From an uncultured virus (IMG/VR IMGVR_UViG_3300028833_000148) (Duplodnaviria > Heunggongvirae > Uroviricota > Caudoviricetes), in IMG/VR virus record IMGVR_UViG_3300028833_000148, positions 1-64,000 of that record: 64,000 nt of DNA; one strand, 5' to 3'. Shown here piece by piece: positions 8,761 through 16,985 of the stretch (the first letter of the stretch is position 1; every line of letters starts with the position of its first letter). Under the pieces are notes generated by a model that had not been told where the DNA came from, made no database searches, and saw only the letters and a program-made list of their open reading frames with translations. The position numbers were made by a program, and so were the translations under genes.

Positions 8761-8930
8761 TTTTATTATTTTTGGTAATAATGCAAATATACGAAATCAA
8801 ACACACTTTTTCCAAATTTTTTTAGTTTTTTTAAGAAAATATTTTTTATTATAAATTGAAAATAATTTCATTTTTATTTGGTTAGTTCAGATTTTTTTCG
8901 TACCTTTGCACCAACAAAAGGAATTAAGAT

Positions 8931-9233
8931 ATGATAGACATTAGAGAAACATTTGAGCAAAATCGTACTGAAGCCTTGGAACTGATTACCAAAAATGGGA
9001 AAAAGGACATCAGTGGGCAGTTTATGTTGAAACTTAAAACACCCATCCGTGTGTGCTACAATGTTGTTGAAGAATGTGACATCACTGCGGTAAGGTGCTT
9101 TAGCAAAGATGACGCTTTAGAAGTCATGTGCGAAAACACAACCGATGATGATGATGGTTGGGAACTTGAATCAATACTATGCTATGCAGAAAACAATGAA
9201 GTTTATTTGGAGATTGAAAGAACTTGCAAGTGA
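8931..9233 (+). CDS. hypothetical protein
   Basis: promoter TACCTTTG at 8901-8908; terminator hairpin at about 9263-9288. Confidence 0.65.
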   Translation: MIDIRETFEQNRTEALELITKNGKKDISGQFMLKLKTPIRVCYNVVEECDITAVRCFSKDDALEVMCENTTDDDDGWELESILCYAENNEVYLEIERTCK

Positions 9234-9313
9234 ACTCTTCGGACTTAAATAAGTACATCTATACCCCTATCTGAATAAGGTAGGGGCATTTGTATTTTAA
9301 TCTATAATAATAC

Positions 9314-9349
9314 AAAAAAATGACTCACGTTTCACAACGTAAGCCATTT
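9314..9349 (-). terminator. intrinsic terminator of the minus-strand ncRNA operon
   Basis: minus strand AAATGGCTTACGTTGTGAAACGTGAGTCATTTTTTT. Confidence 0.6.
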
Positions 9350-9370
9350 ACAGATTCTTGATTAAAATAG

Positions 9371-9479
9371 ACAAGGTGGTTGGATTCGAACCAACGTAAG
9401 TAAGTTACCCCGTTCAGAAAACGCTTACCAGACACCACGTCCATAGTGGTCGCATGAAACCAGACTCTGCTACACCTTG
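9371..9479 (-). tRNA. atypical tRNA-Pro(TGG)-like RNA with a 38-nt variable region
   Basis: acceptor CAAGGTG/CACCTTG, TA, D-arm GCAGAGTCTGGTTTCATGC, anticodon arm ACCAC-TATGGAC-GTGGT, T-arm GTTGG-TTCGAAT-CCAAC; A33 and A37 are non-canonical; no encoded CCA. Confidence 0.7.
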
Positions 9480-9761
9480 AAAAATGTGGAATAGTATCAT
9501 CACCACTGAATAGGTTACTTTCAAACCCTTGTAGGCATTATTCTCTGTGCTGCCATTCTACTATTAAAATACTCTTCTTGCACTTTAGAGAGAGGTAGGA
9601 TTATAGGGTGTGCTTACTGGTCACTTCAGCAGCCCTATTACTTTTATTGCACCTACTGACTATATTTTTCCCCTAAATTACCAATTCAACTTACGCATAA
9701 TTATTTTCCTTTATTTAATTATTAGACTTATTTAAGTACGTCTCCCATCCTTGGTTGACGA

Positions 9762-9795
9762 TGCAAATGTACGAAATTATTTTGAATTAACCAAA
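9762..9795 (-). promoter_or_regulatory. sigma-A-type promoter for a non-coding operon
   Basis: TACATTTG (9764-9771) and TTTGG (9791-9795) on the minus strand. Confidence 0.8.
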
Positions 9796-9865
9796 CCAAT
9801 CAGCAATTATTTTTGTTAAAAAGTGTTTAACATTTGTACTTAATCAAGTACACCATAGGGCAAAG

Positions 9866-9890
9866 AAAAAGGGGTCTTTCGACCCCTTTT
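9866..9890. terminator. bidirectional intrinsic terminator
   Basis: AAAAGGGGTC-TTTC-GACCCCTTTT. Confidence 0.75.
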
Positions 9891-9891
9891 C

Positions 9892-10515
9892 TTACTCAAT
9901 GCTTCCCCAAATTTCCTCAATCTGCGGTGTCTGTCCGACTGCGATGATGTTGGAGAACTTGTAGTTGCGAACCATCAGAATATCCTCGTCTGCGATGCCA
10001 CTCTCTGTCTGTTTCACAGACTTGTTGGGGGCTTTGTAGAGGTGTTCTGTGATGAAGTTCAGTTCGTCAGCCGTAGCGAAGTGGTCAGCCACAATGTAGA
10101 ATGTCTCGAACTTGGTGCGGTCATTCTCCTTGAACGTTACGCACATCTGCAAAGACCCATCCTTTTCGGCTCTCTTGATGATGTTGGGAACTACCCACTC
10201 GTAGCCGTTCATGCTACTAGACTTGAAATCAGTTGCATCACCTTGCTTGGCTAACTGACGATTGATTGCCTTGGCGTAGTCGTAAGCCCTTGCGTTTGTC
10301 ACCTTGGTTACTTTCACGATGTTGGGCATTTCGTTTCCGAAATCTGCTGCCCACTCTGCTGCCGTAGCCTTGGGAGCACGAAACTTGGGGGTTGAACGAG
10401 CGATGAAGCCGTAGCCAAACTTGCATGATGCGAAATCCTTACAAGCAGCGATGGTGTCAAAAACGTTCACGACTGCGGTTAACAACTCACTTACAGAAAA
10501 ATTACTCTTCTTCAT
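9892..10515 (-). CDS. hypothetical protein (207 aa)
   Basis: own promoter (TACCTTTG 10597-10604, minus) and terminator; comparatively GC-rich codons. Confidence 0.75.
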   Translation of the reverse strand: MKKSNFSVSELLTAVVNVFDTIAACKDFASCKFGYGFIARSTPKFRAPKATAAEWAADFGNEMPNIVKVTKVTNARAYDYAKAINRQLAKQGDATDFKSSSMNGYEWVVPNIIKRAEKDGSLQMCVTFKENDRTKFETFYIVADHFATADELNFITEHLYKAPNKSVKQTESGIADEDILMVRNYKFSNIIAVGQTPQIEEIWGSIE

Positions 10516-11116
10516 TTTACTAAAGATTTAATTGTTATGTGGCAATATTGCCGATTGTTTCAATATCTCAAAAAACGCTTTGTCTGATTGACGATGCAAA
10601 GGTACGAAATAAATTTGAACTAACCAAATTTTAGGCGATTTTTTAAGGCTTTTTTGCAATTCCAGAACTCATTTAACATTCGTTTACAAAAAAATCACGT
10701 TTTCTGCACATTTTTCCATTTTTGCGCATCATGTTTCAGCCTACAATAAAATGATATAGGAATAACACACATATACGCACGTATGTGGGCAAAGAAATAC
10801 GAATGAAGCCAAATAAAGCCATTTGCAAGCGTTTTAAAAGCGTTTCACCTATATGGCTGATAACTTTTATATCTGACTGCCTAAAAACGTCTCAGAGAGC
10901 CTTAAAATAGGGTGTTTCATTTTCCTTGTATCAAATATGATGTTGAAATGAATAAAATATGAATAATTGCATAAAACTCGCATCATTATGCAGATTTCCT
11001 TAAAAAACGTTAACAAAACGCATTTTTTTCGCTAAAAATTTGTGTAATTCAGAAAAAAGTTCTAACTTTGCACTCGCAAACAAGAAACAACAAGTTTAAC
11101 AATTAAAAGTAATAAT

Positions 11117-11827
11117 ATGAAGACAATAAATTTCAAGGAGAATCAGAATGTTGTGCGCAACGAGGGTTTGAACATCTACTTGTCCGAAATGAACCGCAAC
11201 AAGACGCTTTCAGATAGCGAGGTGCGTGACCTTATTACCAAGGCACAGAACGGCTCACAGAGAGCACGTAACAAGGTGATAGAGGCAAATTTGCGTATCG
11301 TTTGGAGTATCGCTGCATCGTATCAAGGTATGGACGTTTTTGAGGATATTTTGCAGAACGGCAATTATGGCTTGTGTATAGCGGTTGACACCTTTGATGT
11401 TTCACGTGGAACAATGTTCAGCACATGGGCATTGGAGCAAGTGAGAAAGTATATCGGTATCGGTCTGACTGACGAGAGCAGAGTAGTTCGCCAAGGCGCA
11501 CACATGGTCAAAGCGAAAGCCGCCTATCACGCTGCAAGCATGGACGCACCCCTTGCATCCGACGAGGATGGAGAAAAAACTTTACTCGACACCTTTGCAA
11601 GCAGCAGCAGAGCCGACAATCTCACTGACGAGAACGATATGGTTGTCAAAATAAATTACCTTATGCGAGGTCTTGACGAGCGTGAAAAAGCCATTATTTG
11701 CGGTTTGTTTGGTATCGGTTGCAACGAGGTGAGCGAGTACACATTGTCAAGAAAATTCAAACTCACAGAAGAGCGCATCCGACAACTGAAGTGGGAAACG
11801 TTAAAAAAGATGAAAGAAATGGCATAG
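11117..11827 (+). CDS. sigma-70 family RNA polymerase sigma factor
   Basis: region 1.2 (LNIYLSEM), region 2 (NLRIVWSIA, DILQNGNYGL, FD..RG..FSTWA), region 4 HTH (LSRKFKLTEERIRQL); promoter TAACTTTG 11063-11070. Confidence 0.9.
   Translation: MKTINFKENQNVVRNEGLNIYLSEMNRNKTLSDSEVRDLITKAQNGSQRARNKVIEANLRIVWSIAASYQGMDVFEDILQNGNYGLCIAVDTFDVSRGTMFSTWALEQVRKYIGIGLTDESRVVRQGAHMVKAKAAYHAASMDAPLASDEDGEKTLLDTFASSSRADNLTDENDMVVKINYLMRGLDEREKAIICGLFGIGCNEVSEYTLSRKFKLTEERIRQLKWETLKKMKEMA
11398..11413. promoter_or_regulatory. parS-like centromere site (inside the sigma gene)
   Basis: TGTTTCACGTGGAACA; its reverse complement TGTTCCACGTGAAACA is an exact match to the bacterial parS consensus TGTTNCACGTGAAACA. 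Confidence 0.65.
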
Positions 11828-11839
11828 AAAAATCTTTAC

Positions 11840-11869
11840 AAAAGGTGGGGAGAAATCTTCACCTTTTTT
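11840..11869 (+). terminator. intrinsic terminator after the sigma gene
   Basis: AAAAGGTGGG-AGAAAT-CTTCACCTTTTTTT. Confidence 0.65.
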
Positions 11870-11900
11870 TACATTTTGTTACATGAAAAATCTTTACTCA

Positions 11901-11916
11901 TGTTTTACGTGAAACA
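11901..11916. promoter_or_regulatory. second parS-like site (intergenic)
   Basis: TGTTTTACGTGAAACA, one mismatch from TGTTTCACGTGAAACA. Confidence 0.65.
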
Positions 11917-12131
11917 TTATGGGGAATATGGTGTGGGGATGCACCCCCACCTATGTAACCCCCACCCCCAAGGGGAGTTTTTAACACTCTTTAAGGCTGG
12001 ACAGTTTGCTAAATAAATTCCTGGAAAAAAAATTCGTTTTCTCCAAGGTCCACCCCCTCTTTTTTTTCATTATGCGTTATCAAAAAAAATTCTGGAAAAA
12101 ATTTTAGAATTAATGCTAACGGATGAAATGA

Positions 12132-12488
12132 CTACCTATAATATTTTTGGTAGATTAGTTTTCTCCAGTAGTTTTTGTATTCTTTAATTTCTTCTTGTGT
12201 TGGGTCTCTGGCGTATCTAATGAAAATTGCGTATGACTCGCAATTTTTATCTGCCATATATGGTATAAATGGGTTAAGTTTTGCTGCATATTTGCCATAT
12301 ATTTTCCACCCTAGAAGTTCTGAACTCTCACCACTCATAAATGCGGAATGCCTAATCCAACAATCTTCTATTTTTGTGAGCAGTTTCATTGAAGAGTGTT
12401 TGTCTCTGCATTTTTCATCGTAGTCTGATGTAATGATGAATTTTCCTATTCGTTGTTTGAGTTCTTCTATTGTTTTGATGTATTTCAT
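12132..12488 (-). CDS. hypothetical protein, paralog of 12490-12849
   Basis: shared T(I/V)E(E/D)L.Q.I.K(F/Y)II.S, KIYG.Y and T..EIK....YW.K motifs. Confidence 0.65.
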   Translation of the reverse strand: MKYIKTIEELKQRIGKFIITSDYDEKCRDKHSSMKLLTKIEDCWIRHSAFMSGESSELLGWKIYGKYAAKLNPFIPYMADKNCESYAIFIRYARDPTQEEIKEYKNYWRKLIYQKYYR

Positions 12489-12489
12489 T

Positions 12490-12849
12490 TTATTTTGTTA
12501 TTCTGAACTTGCTCCAATATTGATGTAATTGTTTAATTTCATCATTTGTTGCTAGTCTAAAAGATTGTTGCGCATTGCAATAGAACTTATTTTCTCCTTC
12601 TTTTTTTTTCATTGTTGGTCTATGAAATGCACGAAAACTTGGATAAATGCCGCACAGATAGAGACCATAAATTTTGGTATTAAACAGTTTACCTCTTGGT
12701 GAGCGTTCTATTTTCTTAGGTACAACAATCCATAGTTCCTTACTAGATTGTGGATTGTCTTGTATGTATGAGCATATTATATACTTATTTATACATTGTT
12801 CAAGGTCTTCGACCGTATCGTACCATTTATCATATTGTAATTTTTCCAT
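12490..12849 (-). CDS. hypothetical protein, paralog of 12132-12488
   Basis: likely start MEKLQYDK at 12849. Confidence 0.65.
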   Translation of the reverse strand: MEKLQYDKWYDTVEDLEQCINKYIICSYIQDNPQSSKELWIVVPKKIERSPRGKLFNTKIYGLYLCGIYPSFRAFHRPTMKKKEGENKFYCNAQQSFRLATNDEIKQLHQYWSKFRITK

Positions 12850-12854
12850 ATTAT

Positions 12855-13316
12855 TTATTCTCCGTGTCTTATGTAGAGATATTTTGGGTATCTTCCTAGT
12901 ACGAACAGTGTTACTGGGCAAATCCACATCCTCACTTCATGTCCATCATTTGCGTCAATGTGTGTATAGTTTCTTCCCCAGATGAGTTTATCTTTCCATG
13001 ATGTCCATTCTTTTGGGAGTGGTTCTGCTATGAATTCATCGCATAGGTTTGTGTAATGGCTTCTTGGTTTTTCTGATGCTGTGATGTTTATTGTGAGTTC
13101 ATTTTTTCCTCTTGCATAGTATTCGCAGAGTGTATCTGCTCCAGCGACCATTTCGAGGTTAGCATGGTCGAATCCCCAATGTTTGAAATCATAGTACCAT
13201 CTTTTTATTGGTGGGTTATTTTCTGCCACAAAGTGTAGTGTATATTTTTTCTTCCTAATTAATACATTTTTAATTAGGACAAGAATTGTATATATTTTTT
13301 TCAGTATTTGTTTCAT
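12855..13316 (-). CDS. conserved hypothetical protein (DUF6717-like)
   Basis: WYYD...LEMVAGAD...WICPVTLFVLGRYP pattern; family name from recall only. Confidence 0.55.
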   Translation of the reverse strand: MKQILKKIYTILVLIKNVLIRKKKYTLHFVAENNPPIKRWYYDFKHWGFDHANLEMVAGADTLCEYYARGKNELTINITASEKPRSHYTNLCDEFIAEPLPKEWTSWKDKLIWGRNYTHIDANDGHEVRMWICPVTLFVLGRYPKYLYIRHGE

Positions 13317-13319
13317 AGT

Positions 13320-13781
13320 TTATGGGAATTTATAGAATATTCTTTCTCTAGGATAGAATGTTTTTGTTATTATCATTTTTTTTCCGATTTTTGTTTGAAA
13401 CTCATCCACTTGATTACAAGAAAACAGTTCAGAAACGTCTTCATTTCGTATTATATTAAGTGTTACGTTATTTCTTTTTTCTTGTTTTTTTGTTTTTATA
13501 ATTACTTGGTCTGGGCTATGTTCAGCTTTTACTAATATTCCTTCATATAGTATTTTATTTTGTGGGTATTTGTATATGGCTGAATCCATTGATGTGTCAA
13601 AAAACTTAAAAGATTTATTGACGGTAGCCTTTGGAGTATATTTTTTAACGAAAATATTTGTATCGTTTTGTTTTACGATAATATTATCTTTATCAATTAA
13701 AGTTATTTGTGTAATAAATGCTGCAACAAATATACTAGCTGCTATCATAAGAATTGCTAATAATGTTTTTAAATTATCCAT
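13320..13781 (-). CDS. membrane-anchored hypothetical protein
   Basis: N-terminal hydrophobic helix. Confidence 0.6.
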   Translation of the reverse strand: MDNLKTLLAILMIAASIFVAAFITQITLIDKDNIIVKQNDTNIFVKKYTPKATVNKSFKFFDTSMDSAIYKYPQNKILYEGILVKAEHSPDQVIIKTKKQEKRNNVTLNIIRNEDVSELFSCNQVDEFQTKIGKKMIITKTFYPRERIFYKFP

Positions 13782-13787
13782 TTTACG

Positions 13788-14126
13788 TTAACTTATATTA
13801 TTGTTGTTTTTTGTCAATTTTTCTGCTACAATTTTAGTGCCTTCCATTTTAAGATACCATTTTCTATCCAATTCAGCCCAAAATCCATGTCCTTCTTCGG
13901 TATAAACCCAAGTGAATGACCTATCAATCAGATAGCATATCATATCGTTTTTAAAACATGTTTTGAGAGGATAAATTGTAAGGACGTTGATATAATTTTC
14001 CAAATTTTTAAATTCTTCTTTTTTTTGTCGTTTTATTGCTTTTATGTATTTTTTATATGCATTTTCTTTTTTCAAAAAAAATAAGAATTCCCTAATGGCT
14101 TCTCTATATGTAAGTTCTCGTGTCAT
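13788..14126 (-). CDS. hypothetical protein (F..FLK family)
   Basis: REFLFFLKKENAY...FTW..TEEGHGFW. Confidence 0.65.
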   Translation of the reverse strand: MTRELTYREAIREFLFFLKKENAYKKYIKAIKRQKKEEFKNLENYINVLTIYPLKTCFKNDMICYLIDRSFTWVYTEEGHGFWAELDRKWYLKMEGTKIVAEKLTKNNNNIS

Positions 14127-14362
14127 TTGTTATTTTGTTCTAATTTCTTTTTATACTCATATAGATTAATGATACCATCAATGAGATTGGAGTTTGAGTT
14201 TTCCAATGTTGCATCATTGATGATAGACTCCCTAGCTTCTTTCAGAGTCCACGTGTTTTTGCCTAGTTGTGGGGCCATCATGAAAACATAATCTTCTCCA
14301 TGTGTTTCTATTTCTTTGTTGATTGCATCTAGTGCAATTTTTTTAGCTTCTTCTCTATCCAT
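14123..14362 (-). CDS. hypothetical protein
   Basis: minus-strand promoter TATATTTG 14387-14394. Confidence 0.6.
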   Translation of the reverse strand: MDREEAKKIALDAINKEIETHGEDYVFMMAPQLGKNTWTLKEARESIINDATLENSNSNLIDGIINLYEYKKKLEQNNK

Positions 14363-14464
14363 TTTTAAATACTATTTTGTCGTTAGCAAATATATGAAAA
14401 AAAATAGAGATAACCAAATGTTTTAGGTTAATTTAACTATTTACTTTTATATGGAAAAAATATT

Positions 14465-15709
14465 ATGATGGAAATTGTTGATAGAAAAAAAATATACATT
14501 AATCCCAAGCAGTATGGTATGTTGAAGGAATCTGAATGGAATTTTCATGTTGGAAAGGAGCATAATGGCAAGCCTTACTATAGCGATAGTAAATATCAGA
14601 TGGCTGGTCGTGAAACTGGTCATTTTGGTAGTGGCACATATTTCTCAACTTATAGGAATATGAAAGACATTGACAATTATGGTGAATTTAACAGAAATCA
14701 GAATCCTAATTTCATTGAGATAAAAGACCATTTATATCGTGTTGATTTTGACCTTTATAAGAATTTGTATAGGGTTAGGAGTAAAAAGCAAGGTGACGTA
14801 TTATATACGATGATGGCAGATTTGAACCATATGTATTATAAAATCACCAATATGGGCACATTTAACCCAAAAACTGCTAGTTATGACAACAGTGTTCTTT
14901 ATCAAAGGATTAAATCTAACGCTGATGGGTTAGGGTTAAGATGCCCTTCTTATTATGAGTTAATTAGGATGGCTCAAAGGCATGAGGGGAGCCAGAGTTT
15001 TTCAACATTGTTTATGGAGTATAACGGTTATAATGGGGTTAATGTTAGTGGTATTGATGGCTATGACAATACAAAGCACGGCTCTGTTATCTATGACTTG
15101 TCAAAAGTTAACGGTGATATGGAAGAGGTGAGTCCTAGAAATCTTTTTAGTGGGTTTAAGAATTCATCATACAATGATACAGTTGTACAAGGTTTTTCTG
15201 ATGATGCAAACATTGAGGCTTTGAAAGGAGAATATATTGGATGGATTTACGAGTTGAACAAAATGCCGTTAAGTAAGGCAATGAGAGTGTTGAAAAACTA
15301 TACGGAGAGTGGCAATTTATTGGATTATTTCAATATTGAGAAACTGAATCCAGAGTTAATAAAAAGATATTTAAGGCTTATTTTTGCGAAAAATCCAAAA
15401 AGTTATTGGGGTGATTCGCTTATTGATGATAATATAGTAAACGGCAGAAATTCTAGATATTTTGCCAAGTTAATTGATAGTTATAATGCATATTACTGGG
15501 TTAATTACATTAGTAAATCTAACAGCAGTAGTGTGTTAATTGCTTTATTGGAGAATTTTTCTAGGGAGTTGGATTGGGATTTAACAACTGAAGAGGAAAA
15601 CGTCAAGAAAGAGGAATATCTTAACAAACTTATGAGTTATATGCAGCGTGATTTAACTCCTTGGGAAAAAGAGTTTATCAATGAATACTATTATTACAAA
15701 GAAGATTAA
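14465..15709 (+). CDS. putative ADP-ribosyltransferase-fold virion protein
   Basis: leader KKIYINPKQYGMLKE then NFHVG...GHFGSGTYFS...GYNGV...SVIYD, resembling ART-fold domains of polyvalent proteins. Confidence 0.5.
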   Translation: MMEIVDRKKIYINPKQYGMLKESEWNFHVGKEHNGKPYYSDSKYQMAGRETGHFGSGTYFSTYRNMKDIDNYGEFNRNQNPNFIEIKDHLYRVDFDLYKNLYRVRSKKQGDVLYTMMADLNHMYYKITNMGTFNPKTASYDNSVLYQRIKSNADGLGLRCPSYYELIRMAQRHEGSQSFSTLFMEYNGYNGVNVSGIDGYDNTKHGSVIYDLSKVNGDMEEVSPRNLFSGFKNSSYNDTVVQGFSDDANIEALKGEYIGWIYELNKMPLSKAMRVLKNYTESGNLLDYFNIEKLNPELIKRYLRLIFAKNPKSYWGDSLIDDNIVNGRNSRYFAKLIDSYNAYYWVNYISKSNSSSVLIALLENFSRELDWDLTTEEENVKKEEYLNKLMSYMQRDLTPWEKEFINEYYYYKED

Positions 15710-16170
15710 ATTGTTAGAAGTGTTTTACATTTTTCCATAAGGTACGAATACAGTTTTGGTGTTCGTACCTTATTTAATTGCGATATTTTTGAATTAAAAA
15801 TTCCTCCTATTGGAAATATTATTTTTTCGTATTTCTTACAATTCTGATATATATTTTCAAAATCGTCATCAATTACTTTTTTAAATTCTTCAAAATCTTC
15901 ATCATTCCAACGTCCAGTTATTCCTTTATGCTGTGCATTGTACCAATGTTGTGTTGTTATTGGATATGCATTATCTAATCCTCTTATAAGTGCGGTTGTC
16001 ATTGATGGATAATGTTTGCCTTCGCCATATTTCTGTGAATACCATGAGGAATTGGGGATAACAGATTTTCCGCTATCCCTATCAGTATTATCGGTGAAGA
16101 TATACATTAGGTTCTTGTTTTCCTTAACTAGTTTTCTTGTATACGGTTCAATGCTTCTTTCTACTATCAT
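15706..16170 (-). CDS. conserved phage hypothetical protein
   Basis: YIFTDN.DRDSG...ALIRGLDNAYPITT...IIFP.GG pattern. Confidence 0.65.
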   Translation of the reverse strand: MIVERSIEPYTRKLVKENKNLMYIFTDNTDRDSGKSVIPNSSWYSQKYGEGKHYPSMTTALIRGLDNAYPITTQHWYNAQHKGITGRWNDEDFEEFKKVIDDDFENIYQNCKKYEKIIFPIGGIFNSKISQLNKVRTPKLYSYLMEKCKTLLTI

Positions 16171-16176
16171 ATCATT

Positions 16177-16485
16177 TTAATTAACGTGAAATTTTTTGCA
16201 GATATATTGTTTCCATTCTAGATAGGCATTATATAATGTTTCGTTATTCCAATATTGTGTATCTATTATATGGCTATTTGCACGTATGTTGCCAATCAAT
16301 CCAATATAACACCTCGCAATTTCATTATTTGTGTTTGCATATTCTAATTTTTTGAATATATTTTTTACCTCATTCATATTATATTCATGGTTATAAATGG
16401 TATAAGTATATGTGGCAACTATCTTTTTTTTCTTTAAAAACCGTAATAGTTCCTTTTTAGCTTGTAATACATTTTTGTGCTCCAT
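16177..16485 (-). CDS. hypothetical protein (F..FLK family)
   Basis: likely start MEHKNV at 16485, after promoter TATATTTG 16499-16506. Confidence 0.55.
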   Translation of the reverse strand: MEHKNVLQAKKELLRFLKKKKIVATYTYTIYNHEYNMNEVKNIFKKLEYANTNNEIARCYIGLIGNIRANSHIIDTQYWNNETLYNAYLEWKQYICKKFHVN

Positions 16486-16560
16486 ATATTTTTTAATGCA
16501 AATATATCTTTTATTTAGTGTAAATACAAATATTTTAAGCATTTTTAATATTTATATAAT

Positions 16561-16971
16561 ATGAGTATAATAAGAAACATAAAAGAGTCAATTGATGACA
16601 AATCATCAATGAGTGTCAATAGTATAACATTATTGGCATCTGCATTAATTGGTGTTATTGTTGGTTTGGTTATGTGTTTCGTGCTGATATATGATGTCAC
16701 TTATGATGGTAAAATAGATACTGATATGGGTGACATGGCAATGTTATTAATGGCAAGTGGGGCATACATTCTAGGAAGTGGTGTGCCAAAGGCTTATGTT
16801 GATTCGAGGATGAAAACTCGTTCTTGGGTTGAAAACGAGAAGATGCAGATTGAGGCTGAAGAGGACATTGAGGACTATAAGGCTGAAAGAAGAAGGAGAA
16901 GAAAGAAAAAAGACCAGATAGTTGATATGGAAGGCGATGGTTCTTTGGATGATAATTTAGAAAATGAATAA
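16561..16971 (+). CDS. two-TM membrane protein, holin-like candidate
   Basis: two hydrophobic helices, highly charged C-tail, TATTTATA motif at 16549-16556. Confidence 0.45.
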   Translation: MSIIRNIKESIDDKSSMSVNSITLLASALIGVIVGLVMCFVLIYDVTYDGKIDTDMGDMAMLLMASGAYILGSGVPKAYVDSRMKTRSWVENEKMQIEAEEDIEDYKAERRRRRKKKDQIVDMEGDGSLDDNLENE

Positions 16972-16985
16972 ATATAATTTAAGTT

